Assembly (NCBI RefSeq): GCF_004010195.1
Contig: NC_057717.1
Coordinates: 104,506,003-104,570,002, forward strand
Reading direction: 5' to 3'
Origin: Chiloscyllium plagiosum
Lineage: Eukaryota
DNA length: 64,000 nt
Part shown: in pieces, positions 24,901-35,631 of the stretch
Position numbering within the stretch: the first letter of the stretch is position 1
Layout: every line of letters starts with the position of its first letter
The notes under the pieces: generated by a model
Database searches by the model: none
The model's input: the letters and a program-made list of their open reading frames with translations, nothing else
Told to the model about the DNA's origin: nothing
Made by a program: the position numbers and the translations under genes

Positions 24901-27900
24901 TGAAATGGCGTCACTGTTGTGATGTAGGAAGTGCAGTAACACAGCAAGCTTCCACAAACAAACACAAACTGTCTCAGTGATGTTGAAATAAATATTACAC
25001 AAGATGCACTCTCCTGCTGTTCAAAATAATACCATGGGATCATGGTTTAACAGTTCATGGGATATTTCAGCTCTCTCTGTTCTACACTGGGAATGTTAGG
25101 ATCATTTCCTGTTTCTTCTTTGGGAATTGGACATGAACATACAATGTTCTAATTCTGAGAGTGTCACCTACTGGGCCATGCATGAACTGAACATCAGCAC
25201 AGTAGCTGGCTCTGGTTTTCACGGGGCAACTTTTCCATCCCTCAGAAATAATTGCTTTATGGGAAAGTTGTCAAGGACAGGATGTTTCTACTCACTCAGC
25301 ATCCCTGCTCCTGTCCGCAGTATCCACAGCAACAGATGGTCTTATCCAGTACAAGAATGAATGAATGCACTTGAGTTTCTCCAGTACCTTTCATAACCTC
25401 ATTAACTAAACTGGACAAAGGACTCATATTGGTGATGCTGGAATCTTGGGAGCCCCGAAATGGGTCAGCCACTCAGTATTTCTAGTTGAAGATGGACAAT
25501 TTAAAAATAAAATAATTATTTGCTGGCTGAGTGACAAATATTTGGTCAGGACTCTGGGGCAGAATTCACTTGTTTCTTTGGATAGTGCCTTGGGGTTTTT
25601 TTTGGAGCCACTTAATAGTGCAGAGCCTCTGACAGGTCTCTCTCTTGGCCAGGCTGAGTAACAGCAGTGTTAGCAGGAAGGGTGCAGCCCAGGGTATCCT
25701 GGGACACAACGATAACCAAGATATGAGCGAGAGAGAGAAAGAAATGGACAATGCTGTGTACTTACTTTACAAGAAGAGAAACAGTGACCTACTTGTTACC
25801 ATGGCTGATCATCTTGCCCATCCTCTGAAGGTGGAAGGTGCCACAGCCCACACAGTGATAGATCAGAGCCTGTTTACTGTAACAAAAAGCCCAACTCTCA
25901 GGCACACAGCAGCTGACAGCTTCCAGCACATGCTCAAAACTAAGCAACATCAATCATCTCCCCTTCGGCAAGCACAGGAGAGCTGGATTGGGAAATGTGG
26001 AGACAGATTCTGATTTTTCAGTGTATACATAAATCGTTTTCCAAAAAAAAAAGATTGATTGCAATGCTACAGCTAACAGACAGCTGAAATGATGTTATTG
26101 TTCCAGGAGGATTAAAGATAAAGAAGTCAAAATGAAGCCACTAGGATCCCTAGTCTCAGTCCAGACAGAACCACTTCTTCAAATGGTTCTCCTGTGAGAC
26201 ACAGATCCATACTGTCCTAGCTCCTGGCCCTGGGTGTGGCTGTGTATAAACCTGGTGCTGACCTGATGCCATGAACACAAGGTAGAGGACAGGGTCTGGG
26301 GTCAGTGCTGACAAGGTCCGAATCCTCACGTCTGTGAGCATGGGGAGATCCAGCACACTGGGCTGGACAGCTGCTTGGACAGTGTGCAAAGAGAAGCTGG
26401 TGACTAAGAGAAATCCCAGGAGCAGTACACAACATGTGGACGATAGGACATTTAAAAGCAAACAATTTAACTGGCTCCAAAATGAACAATAAAGGTTGGA
26501 AATTCAATTTTATTTGACCAGTCTTTCTCATATTAGACTGAAGTTGTGTAACCTCCTGTAAACAGGCTGACCAGGCTTCACCCAGGTGACCGTACCTGGC
26601 AGATGCTTTAACCTTAGCCTGTCCTGTGAAGACCTGGACAAAGACTCGGATATAGAAGTCCACACTGACAGAGAGGACAGGAACAACGTATCGCTGGTAA
26701 CAGTTTGCACGAAGATCCAAATTGTGTAGGATGATGCGTAAAGCCTGTGGGGAGAAGTGGAATAAGAACAGGGGATGACCAAGGCGGTGAGAAACAACAC
26801 GCCAACCAGGAGAGCTTCAGAATCAGCAGCCACTCACCATTTCGTGACAGAACTTTGACTTCAGCGACATGGCTCCGTACTTGCTGTAACAGGTCTCCCC
26901 ACTGTTCCCAGCCATTACTGCCATGTCAGTACATGTCACACAGAGAAGCCCTTCAAAAACACAGAAGATGGAGTTCTTCAACTCACTTCACTGTAATCAG
27001 GAGCATTCTCAGAAATTCCAGTGAGAACTGCAAACATCTACAGTTCTACCCTTACACAGCAAGTCAGCACAACACAGAATACTCCCAGTGCCTGACAGAT
27101 TCCCTCCAAAGGGCAGAAATGCTGCTTGAAAATTCTTTAATGCATCAGACTCTCCACGCAGCAACAGTATCTGGGTGATAGCAATCCTTCCTTCAGGTCA
27201 GCACAGATGTTCCAGACTGGAACAAGCACCCTCTCCTGCTCCTAGCACGATGTCAGCCAGAGAAGACACCTTCTGCACGATGTTAGCCACAAGCTGCAGA
27301 AACAGCCCAGAACACATTTCACCCGCACTGCCTCACATCCACACATCCCGTTAAGGCTGGACCGTAGATGCCAAGGACCAGCTCTGAATGGTCACTCTAT
27401 TTCCTTGCAAGATTCCAAACACATCACCACTTGTCCTCACCTCCTTCACTAACTGCTTGAACAGCCGCATCGATGAACTGTGAAGGACTTCCATATGGAT
27501 CCAGGTCAATCACATCAAACCGGTCCTGTCTCCTCCTGGACCCACACAGGAGCATACTGCAGGGACAAGAGAGAGGGAGAGAGAAAGAAAGAAAGAGACA
27601 GAATCAGAGACAATCCTTCGGTCTCCTCGGTTAGCATTTATTCAGACAAACAAGTCTTACCTTAAAAAATAGAAATAAGACAGCAGATTGATAAAGCGCA
27701 AGAAACAACAGCACAGAATCCAAGCATACATTGTTAATGGTGAAGCAATAATCCTCAGGGCCATTTCCAAATGGAATTGTTGGAGACCTGTCACCAATGG
27801 GACCTCTCCATTCTAAAGGCTCCTCTCCCCTGGTCACTGATTGGACCTCCCCATTCTAAAGGCTCCTCTCCCCTGGTCACTGATTGGACCTCTCCATTCT

Positions 27901-30900
27901 AAAGGCTCCTCTCCCCTGGTCACCAATGGGACCTCCCCATTCTAAAGGCTCCTCTCCCCTGGTCACTGATTGGACCTCCCCATTCTAAAGGCTCCTCTCT
28001 CCTGGTCACCAATGGGACCTCCCCATTCTAAAGGCTCCTTTCTCCTGGTCACTGGTCCTCCAGAGGCTGAGATAGGTCTCTCTCCCCAGAGTCTGGAGGG
28101 GACAGGTTCAGGGTGAATTTGTGAAGCTCGAGCACAAGGTCCAGAACAACATCTCAGTGTCGGGCAGGGTACTTGCAGTCAGAAGTGGCAACTTTCGAAT
28201 GAGCTGTTGAACAGAGACAGTTTTGCCTCGGGCAGAGGTAAATGGTCACGTGACATAATTCTGAAGAGCAGCAGGGAGCTCTGCCCAGCATCCTGGCTCA
28301 GCACACATCCCTCAAATCAACAGCATTAAAACATCACCACGCCAGGCTGTGGGATTTTGCAGTGTGCAAATGGACCACCACCGTTCCTAGAAGACCCTTG
28401 TGGGATAGTGGTAGTGTCCCTACCTCTAAGCCAGGAGGGCCAGGTTCCAGTCCCACCTGCTGCAGATGTGAGTAATAGCATCTCTGAACAGTTTGTTTTG
28501 AAAATAAAATGCAGAGACTCCCCTTCAGAACTACCTCATTGACTGTAAAGTATTTTAGAACATCTCAACATTGTGATCGATGTTGCAGAAACGCAAACTC
28601 TCCTTCATCTAACTTTATCCAGAAACACTGGGTGGAAGAAACGGAAGGGAGTTATAGAGTTATCAAAGTCCTCAACACCGAAAAAGGCCCTTTGGCCCAT
28701 TGAGATGGTTTTTGACAGACACAGTTACCTAACTATTCTAGACCCCATTTTCCTACATCAGGCCTTGTGTGCCTTTTACTTCACTCACTAATAAGTCTCA
28801 GTTTTAAAAAAAAATAGTACCTTGCATCTGCCAAGCTGGCCGTTACTAAGTGCTGCACTTCATTCAGCTCAATATTTCTCTTCATCAGTGTCACTGCTTT
28901 CTCAGAAAAATCGTTTGCCACAATGCTGTGAATTCCGGGGACTTCCTTGGCGAATCGAATCGAGCGAAGTCCAGATGCTGCCAGTCCCTCGAGAACACGA
29001 ATCCCACCCTGCACGTGGTAACCAAACTCGATAAGCAGAGGCTGCATCACAGAGTATAGGCCTGAGACACTTCAAGACACAAACCAACTCAGGCAGCAGC
29101 AAGATTCTCAAGGGCACCAGCTCACAATCCAGTTTGAAATCTAAACAGATGTCTTTCCCTGCCTCACTTCAGTGAGCACTCTCGAAATTCTCGACAGTCA
29201 AAACCCCTTTCTGCCTCCCATTCACACTCGCCCTGGATTAGGAACCTGATGAGTAGGTAATCGCACAAAGTGGCAATTTGGTCCCTCCTGCAATTCTGCT
29301 GCTCCCCCCACTGACCAGATCCTCATGGCCACTCCACCCCTACCTCAGTCTATCCCTCCCCGCTGCCACACCTGCTCCCCCCCGGCACAAGGGGGCGACA
29401 GGTCCCACTGCCCCACCTGCTCCCCCACCCCAGCACAGGGGGCACAGTCCCTGCTTATTGTCAGCAATCAACAAGCAGTTAATCCTTGTCCTCAGGCCTT
29501 TTCAGCAACAAGGGGTCAGAACAGTAAGGAACAAGCTCCAGACTTTCACTCTTCCTCCCCCCTACCTTAGCCTGAGGGATGCTGAAGCCAATTACAGTCC
29601 CTTCCAATCCCACAAATAAGTTAAACTGATGCAAGTATCATCAACTAGTCAGGTCTGGCAAGGATTTCCACAGTCCACTGCACCTAGGAGAGAGCTGATG
29701 ACTATATGCTAATTAGGGGATCTTTAGACGAGAATCAAATTCGTACAGGGTATAAATCAAGAAATCAGTTGTATTGGAATTGTGTGAAGTTAAAACTCTG
29801 ACCGGGAAAGTATCTTAACCTTTGGTGTTTTGCAGTAAAGACCAAAACACAGATCTCCTGCTCTGGGCCAAGTAGATTTGTTCCCCAGCCTCTTGCTTGA
29901 ATAGGAAAGCTATTAATTTCTATTGAATTAGTTACTCTGCCTCAGTAACCCATTGCTAATGAGCTCCAATATGTCTAAAACCATCCAGCTACAATGAATG
30001 ATTTCATTTTGTATCAAACACATCTCACTTCCCCTTCCACAGCACTGCAAACAAAGTCTCAGGTTCCTGCAGTATTTATAGCAATGAGCAAGGTCCAAGA
30101 TTCAGAGGCTTTTGGATAGAAACACAGGCCTGTGCTGCACAGTGGTTACATCACTAGATAAATAATTCAGAGCCCCGGACTAACCGTCCAGAGACATGGG
30201 TTCTAATCACTCCAGGAAAGCTTGGAACTTTACTTAAACAACAAACCTGGAATAAAAAGCTGATCTCAGATATGGTTATTGTGAAATTACCAGCTTATTA
30301 TATAAAAAAACACATCTGATTCATGCACAGAGCACACAATCCCTTCAGGGAAGATAAAGGCCATTCAGCCCATCAAGTCTGCCTTCTAAAGAGCATTTCA
30401 CCCTAACCTTGCAATTCCCAAAGCTAACCCCCCTAGCCTGCACATCCCTGCACACTACAGGGCAATTGAGAATGGCCACTCCACCTAACCCACACATCTC
30501 TGAACTCTAGGAGAGATTTCTGCCAACCTTATCCTATGTGCCCTCTGAAACAGCCAATCAAGCCACTCAGCTGTAGTCAAGATGTTAGCTCACCACTGCC
30601 TTCTCAGGAGCAGTTAGAGATGGACAGCAAACACTGGGTCTCACTCATGTGGCCCACACTGAGAATGGAAAGAACCAGGCTAAATGAGGATTGCCTCACC
30701 TCACATTTCTCCCCGACAGTGGCCGTTCTCTTTAACGCTGAAGTATCTCCCAATCCTGCTGCAGTTCCAGCGTTTTCACTTTCCGTCAAGTTGACAACAA
30801 TTTTCTGCCTTTCCTCCTCTCCGGGGACCAGCACTGTGCAAAATGTTCCAAGGCTGGTTAGTACTGTATTGGTGTGCACCAGCACCCCAATGCTCCATTA

Positions 30901-32182
30901 AAGACAAGCCCAATACCCACTCACCTTGAATCCCCTTGGACAGGAGCTGCTGTCGGGCAAACTCTGTCATGACAGCACATCTGGAGTGGGGCGGGGAAGA
31001 GAGAGACAGACAGAAGAGAGAGAAACACAATTACTGCAATTTGGCCTTAACGCCCAAGCCCCATCCCACAAAGCACAAGACCATTTGCTTCCCAATGGGA
31101 TTTATAGCCTTGAGTGGAGGAACAATGGAACTGACATACTTTACCACTCTAATTATCACCCAACTCTTTAATTACCCCAGCACGTGCACTCTAGGGATCC
31201 TGTCCTCACCCTGTCTCAGTGTCCCTCACACTACTTCAGTGCTTTCAAATTCCTGATCACACATTTCAAACTCATGGGAATACCCTCCTGGTGATTTGTG
31301 TCACAGCCTGTTGAACCAAACTCGTTGTGGTACTCCCTGACGGTGATGCAGCCAAGTCGGTGAAATGATAGTCTGCATCCAGTTGCCACTGGACTGGCTT
31401 GGTTACAATGTTGGGGAACTGTCCTCAAACAACTTTCACAGGCAGCAACCCACAGCCCCCACCCAACCCACCGCTCCCCCTGATGAAGGAGCAGCGCTCC
31501 GAAAGCTTGTATTTCAAACAAACCTGTTGGACTATAACCTGGTGTCATATGATTTTTGACTTTGCCCACCCCAGGCCAACACCAGCACCCCCACATCACA
31601 AGTACAATATAGCAGCAACTTGAGGCATTCCTCCAGCTGTCAGTAGTTCTACCAAATTCGCTTTGACAATGCTATTAGAACTTGGCATGGTCTTTAAAAA
31701 ACTGCAAAACAAACTAGAGCAAACAAATAACTAACTATAGTCCATCTGAACCAATTAAGGGTCTGATAACAAGATGTGCTCCATGTTAACAGGCACACAA
31801 CAGCAAGTACTTACGTGAGGTCACGGTTAAACTCTTGCACAGGGTTATAAAACACTTCATTCGCACTGGGGAAAATAATTTGTGCCTTCCCCTCATTTAT
31901 AACAGTCTCTGTGTTTGTCATTCCTGGCGGAGTTGCACTGTTTGGTAGAGAGTCCTCAGCAGCTTCCAAAAGGCTGCTGTTTTGACACTGCTCGCTGCCA
32001 TTGCTGGTACACGTAGAGTCTCGCTCCACACGTGTCTCCTCTCCCATTTCCATCATGGAGCTGTGCCCTGCAGTAACATGAAACAGAGACTCTGTCTGCG
32101 CTGCACTCCTTGCCACCATCCAAGTGGCATTCAAAGTGCGGGGAATGAAATATCTGACCTGCAGCACACTGTTTACCAGCAT
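9903..32182 (-). CDS. TRMT1: tRNA (guanine26-N2,N2)-dimethyltransferase; complement(join(9903-9959,10723-10837,12189-12308,18782-18858,19551-19659,20652-20737,22383-22517,24725-24794,25793-25876,26596-26744,26838-26950,27441-27556,28821-29008,30700-30833,30925-30980,31815-32182))
   Basis: 16 GT-AG exons splice in frame to 1977 nt (658 aa). Motifs [92 protein letters not shown]. Confidence 0.96.
10723..10837 (-). CDS. TRMT1: TRMT1 exon ([19 protein letters not shown]...PCKIFRE)
   Basis: cctag|T ... GAG|gtgaga; 115 nt. Confidence 0.9.
11241..11920 (+). mobile_element. HE1/V-SINE-like SINE interrupted by a CR1 3' fragment (about 11375-11733)
   Basis: tRNA-like head, then CR1 ORF2 C-terminus (TRGHRFRVR...[14 protein letters not shown]) and 3' UTR, then the SINE resumes. 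Confidence 0.75.
12189..12308 (-). CDS. TRMT1: TRMT1 exon ([40 protein letters not shown])
   Basis: ctcag|T ... GG|gtaagc; 120 nt. Confidence 0.94.
13585..13901 (+). mobile_element. HE1/V-SINE-like tRNA-derived SINE, full length
   Basis: Box A tggcacagtgg, box B ggttcaattcc, central gtggagtttgcac...cctcccacagtcc domain, CR1-like tail ending in (taatg/taatc)n. Confidence 0.85.
14157..14487 (-). mobile_element. HE1/V-SINE-like SINE
   Basis: Reverse complement of the same family as 13585-13901. Confidence 0.8.
14620..18472 (+). mobile_element. Near full-length, inactivated CR1-clade LINE in a TRMT1 intron (antisense to the gene)
   Basis: ORF1 SGNH-esterase-like motifs ([20 protein letters not shown]); APE endonuclease fragments ([19 protein letters not shown]); RT ([55 protein letters not shown]); CR1 3' UTR; many stops and frameshifts; 5' boundary approximate. 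Confidence 0.92.
17696..17841. mobile_element. Fold-back (palindromic) Penelope-type mini-element nested in the CR1 RT
   Basis: About 40-bp inverted arms; 13-bp TSD atatggtatgctt at 17683-17695 and 17842-17854. Confidence 0.8.
18782..18858 (-). CDS. TRMT1: TRMT1 exon ([25 protein letters not shown])
   Basis: gcag|GAG ... GT|gtaagt; 77 nt. Confidence 0.93.
19551..19659 (-). CDS. TRMT1: TRMT1 exon ([36 protein letters not shown])
   Basis: ttag|G ... TGG|gtatgt; 109 nt. Confidence 0.94.
20652..20737 (-). CDS. TRMT1: TRMT1 exon ([28 protein letters not shown])
   Basis: ccag|GAG ... AG|gtagga; 86 nt. Confidence 0.94.
21006..21464 (+). mobile_element. 5'-truncated Penelope-like retroelement (GIY-YIG C-terminus plus pLTR)
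   Basis: Open frame 21049-21369 [17 protein letters not shown]...[39 protein letters not shown]; 12-bp TSD acagggtcaagt at 20994-21005 and 21465-21476; short inverted pieces at the 5' end. Confidence 0.88.
21350..21389 (+). ncRNA. Minimal type I hammerhead ribozyme motif in a Penelope pLTR
   Basis: GCA-CUGAUGA-U-GUC...GAC-GAAAC-GUU-UGC; helix I GCA/UGC. Confidence 0.62.
22383..22517 (-). CDS. TRMT1: TRMT1 exon ([16 protein letters not shown]...LSMAKE)
   Basis: tcag|CTT ... GAG|gtgagc; 135 nt. Confidence 0.94.
23597..23894 (+). mobile_element. HE1/V-SINE-like SINE
   Basis: Highly similar to 13585-13901. Confidence 0.85.
23935..24258 (-). mobile_element. HE1/V-SINE-like SINE
   Basis: Reverse-complement copy about 40 bp from the + copy. 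Confidence 0.78.
24725..24794 (-). CDS. TRMT1: TRMT1 exon ([23 protein letters not shown])
   Basis: ccag|C ... ATG|gtaaga; 70 nt. Confidence 0.92.
25793..25876 (-). CDS. TRMT1: TRMT1 exon ([27 protein letters not shown])
   Basis: acag|T ... AA|gtaggt; 84 nt. Confidence 0.92.
26596..26744 (-). CDS. TRMT1: TRMT1 exon ([19 protein letters not shown]...KVKASA)
   Basis: acag|GCT ... AG|gtacgg; 149 nt. Confidence 0.94.
26838..26950 (-). CDS. TRMT1: TRMT1 exon ([37 protein letters not shown])
   Basis: gaag|GG ... ATG|gtgagt; 113 nt. Confidence 0.94.
27441..27556 (-). CDS. TRMT1: TRMT1 exon ([38 protein letters not shown])
   Basis: gcag|T ... G|gtgagg; 116 nt; DPYG catalytic motif. Confidence 0.95.
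27790..28056. repeat. 43-bp minisatellite, about 6 copies, in a TRMT1 intron
   Basis: gacct recurs at 27801, 27844, 27887, 27930, 27973, 28016; unit ggacctccccattctaaaggctcctctcccctggtcac(tgatt/caatg). Confidence 0.95.
28821..29008 (-). CDS. TRMT1: TRMT1 exon ([22 protein letters not shown]...LADA)
   Basis: gcag|GGT ... AG|gtacta; 188 nt; SAM-binding region. Confidence 0.95.
30700..30833 (-). CDS. TRMT1: TRMT1 exon ([15 protein letters not shown]...TVGEKCE)
   Basis: acag|TG ... GAG|gtgagg; 134 nt. Confidence 0.9.
30925..30980 (-). CDS. TRMT1: TRMT1 exon ([18 protein letters not shown])
   Basis: ccag|A ... G|gtgagt; 56 nt. Confidence 0.93.
31478..31598 (+). mobile_element. Penelope-type terminal fragment (third family) beginning with a hammerhead motif at 31480-31508
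   Basis: CUGAUGA-A-GGAGC-AGC-GCUCC-GAAAG-CUU followed by aaacctgttggactataacctggtg; related copies near 37315-37862, 48830-48910 and 52149-52268. Confidence 0.7.
31815..32182 (-). CDS. TRMT1: TRMT1 first coding exon ([11 protein letters not shown]...[13 protein letters not shown]); exon acceptor at 32212
   Basis: ctgcag acceptor 30 nt upstream of the ATG; AC|gtaagt donor; several in-frame Met codons, so the start used is uncertain. Confidence 0.88.
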
Positions 32183-32299
32183 TCAGCAACAGGAGAGGCT
32201 GTAGTTTTAACTCTGCAGGAGGAAAAAGCAAAAGGTAGTGAGACAGTGGCATACTATAAAGAAAAATATCTTAAATGGAATATCAGCAACTTGTATTTT

Positions 32300-33830
32300 T
32301 ATTAAAAGGCTAGTATGCAAGTACAGCAAGAATTAGGAAAGCTAATATTGTTTATGGTGAGGAGAATTAAGTACAAAATAGGAAGTTATGCTTCAGTTAT
32401 ACAGGACACTGGTGAGACCACTTCAGGAATATTGTGCACAGTAATTGTTTCTCTATTTAATATAGAAAATAGGAGCATGAGTAGGCCATTCAACCCTGCT
32501 CCACCATTCATGATAATGGCTGATCATCCAACTCAAAAGCCTATTCCTGCTTTTCCCCCCAAATCCTGTGACCCACTCCCACCTTCCACATGTACTACAT
32601 CTAACTCCTTGAAATCATAATATTTTGGCTTTGAATGTTTTCTGTGGTAGCAACTTCCACAGGCTATCAATTTCTGGGTGAAGAAATCTATCCTCTTCTT
32701 AATCCAAAACAAAACCTGTATTGTTAGATTGTGAGCCCAGGTTCTGGACACGTCTGCCATTGGGAACACCCTTCCTGCATCCACCCCATTTAGTCCTGTT
32801 AGAATTTAACAGGTTTCTATTAGATCCACCCTGATTCTTCCTAACTCCAGCAAATATAATTCTTAACTGATTCAAACTCTCCTCATACATCTGTCCTGCA
32901 ATCAGTGTGCTAAGTCTTTGGCGCACTCCCTCTGTAGCAAGAGCATCCTTCCTCAGATAAGGAGGCCAAGACTATTCACATTGCTCCTGTTCTTGAATTC
33001 TCTGTGTGTGTGCCACATACCATTTGCTTTCTTTACCACTTGCTGTATTTGCATGCTTATTTTCAATGACTTTTGTATGAGAACACCAAGGTCTCATTGT
33101 ATAGTCTCCGCCCCTCAATTTATCATCATTCAGCTAATAAAATGCCTCCAGCTTTGCTAACAAATTAGATAACCTCATTTATTCAGATTGTACTGCTCCT
33201 GCTCTGCATTTGCCCACTCACTCAACTTGTAGAAGAAATACTGAAATGTCTCTGCATCCTCCCACCCAGATTTATGTCATTTGCAAATTTGGAGATGTTG
33301 CAGTTAGTCCCCTTATCTAAATCATTCATATATATTGTGAATGGCTGGGGTTCAAGCACTGATCCCGGTGGTACCCTGCTGGTCACTGCCTGCCATTAAG
33401 ATAAAGGAAGAATGTAAGTGTGTGGAAGCACTTTAGAGAAGATTATCTTGACCTTGAATGGGCACATTGTCTTATGAGGAAAGGGTGGACAGACTAGGCT
33501 TACATCTGTGAAAGAGTAAGAAGTGACAAATGATTAAAACACAAGACCCTGAGGAGTCTTGCAATGGTAGATGTGGAGAGGATGTTTGTTCTGCACAGAA
33601 ACAATAAAACTAAGGGTCACCATTTAAAAACTTAAGCGGTTACCCATTCAAGATAGAAGTGAGGATTTTTTTTGCATATCTTTCCAACTCTTCCTCAAAA
33701 AGGCTTTGGAGGTGGCAGAGTGGATAGATTCTTGATAAGCCAGGGGTGAAAGATTATCATCAGGTAGTTGGGAACATGCAGTAATCAGAGCAGACAAGAG
33801 GCTGAGTAGCCTACTCCTGCTTTGAACTCA
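32300..33830. mobile_element. Degraded CR1-like LINE fragments in both orientations
   Basis: CR1 ORF2 C-terminal and 3' UTR-like sequence (minus ORFs 32533-32784 and 32699-32926 resemble RT C-terminus); boundaries approximate. Confidence 0.65.
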
Positions 33831-34184
33831 TATGATAAACATTAGCAAGGACAGCACAGAATTCCCCTGCTTCTAACAGTGGCCAGATATTTTACATCTC
33901 TCTGCTGTTTAATATCTGATCTAAAATTAAAAATTTCACAAAGGCATCTGAGAAATTGACTCTAACCCAAATAGTAATATGTTGCTATCTCATCAGAACA
34001 CAAATTATTTTGTCATTGACACTCTCCTGCAGTTTGCCTAGGTTTGAGCACCAATTAATGCCACTTGAATGTGGAGGATGATAGGAAAGCTATTCCAGAT
34101 AAGCAGGAGGTTGGCTGCTTGTTACACAGGACAATATCATTCAGTGGGAGCAGCTTATTGTTAAATAGCATGAGAAGGATAGTG

Positions 34185-34392
34185 AGAGAAAGTGAAGGCT
34201 GCAGATCAGAGCTGAAAATGTGTTGCTGGAAAAGCACAGCAGGTCAGGCAGCATCCAAGGAACAGGAGAACCCACGTTTCGGGCATAAGCCCTTCTTCAT
34301 TCCTGAAGAAGGGCTTATGCCCGAAACGTCGATTCTCCTGTTCCTTGGATGCTGCCTGACCTGCTGTGCTTTTCCAGCAACACATTTTCAGC
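34185..34392. mobile_element. Palindromic non-autonomous Penelope-type element
   Basis: About 90-bp near-perfect inverted arms (agctgaaaatgtgttgctgg ... ccagcaacacattttcagct); 14-bp TSD tgagaaggatagtg at 34171-34184 and 34393-34406. Confidence 0.88.
34299..34334 (+). ncRNA. Minimal type I hammerhead ribozyme motif
   Basis: CUGAAGA-A-GGGC-UUAU-GCCC-GAAAC-GUC at 34303-34330. Confidence 0.65.
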
Positions 34393-35384
34393 TGAGAAGG
34401 ATAGTGGTGTGGGAGAACTAGAGGAGGTTGCTACTAAGAATGGAGTAGAAATGGAAAGCATGCAGAGAAGGTCATGTCTGAAAAGGAGGCCAATGGAGCC
34501 GGTACAAAGTAGCAGTTGTAGCTGAATGGCACAATGACAAAGAATTGAGATTTAAGCATGAGCCCCAGGAAATGTAGGAGCAGGAATTGGGGAAGTAAGG
34601 AATTTTTCCACTTTTGCTCTATTTAATAAAAAAGCTTCTCTAGCAGAATGTAAGAAAGAGCATTCAAGGACTTAACTAAAGTCACTCAGTCACCACTACA
34701 CACAACCCTTTGCAAGGGTTTGGAATTTTCTAAAGAGGAACCTTCTCAGAACTTTGAAATCTATTTGCTATTGGAAATCGATGAGATCTAGAAGTAGCAG
34801 AGGTGCTGAACTCAATCACACATTCCCTGCAATTAAGAAAAACAGTGCAGGTCTGGGCAGCATGTGTGGAGAGGGGGAGGGACACAAAACTGAGTTCACA
34901 TCTGGAGTCCAATGTGACTCTTCAGAATTGGGATGGCAGGTTTAAAAAAGAATGAATACAGGAGGAGACAAAAAAGGAAATTGCTGGAAAAGGTCTGCAG
35001 ATAGAAGTCAGAGTTAATTGGACCCTTCCTCAAAAACTGGAGGAGAGTAGTTGAGGAAGGGTCACTGAACCCAAAATGTTCACTTTGGTTTCTCTCTCCA
35101 CAGCCGCTGTCAGACCTACAGAGCTTTTCCAGCAATTTCTGTTTCTGATTTACAGCACCCGCAGTTCTTTCGGTTTTTAAAAACAGGAGGCCATTCTGCC
35201 TGGGTAGTACTATCCTATTTTTCCCTCACCCTTGCTTAGTAAGTGCAAAGGATGTGAATGTAAGAAATCAAATGTGAATGAAAATAAGAAAGTGCAGCAG
35301 GAGGGGGAAAAAAGCATGTACTTAAGCAGCAAAACCAAAAAGTTACAAAGCACCTGCGTTTAGACTTGCTGCAGCAGTACCTGA

Positions 35385-35631
35385 TAATCGACGCCACGTT
35401 GGTGAGGGCAGCAGGGGCATGATGGGAAGTGGACTCCCTGGTTAATGCGGGCGGGGCGGGGGAGGGGAGGTCACGTGCTGGTGGATCGATGTGCTCGGCG
35501 TTTGGCTCCGAAGCCTGGAGGACTGGCTGTGGTAGCGGGGGTGAACTCCGATCGGCGCGCTCAGCGCTCGGTTGCTAGGCGCTGGCTGTCCTGACAATGA
35601 ATGGCTGCTGCAAGCATTGAGAGACACTGGG
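35385..35631. promoter_or_regulatory. CpG-rich putative bidirectional TRMT1/NACC1 promoter with non-coding first exons
   Basis: Local CpG cluster between the divergent genes; ZNF143-like gcatgatgggaagtggact 35417-35435; GC boxes about 35449-35462; E-box gtcacgtg 35470-35477; RFX-like gttgctaggc 35571-35580; + donor GG|gtgagt after 35631; candidate - donor cag|gtactg at 35380. Confidence 0.7.

Noticed and set aside
26890..26905. Apparent frameshift in the TRMT1 GNSGETCY exon
   Set aside because: Recounting the C run gives AGT GGG GAG ACC; the frame is intact
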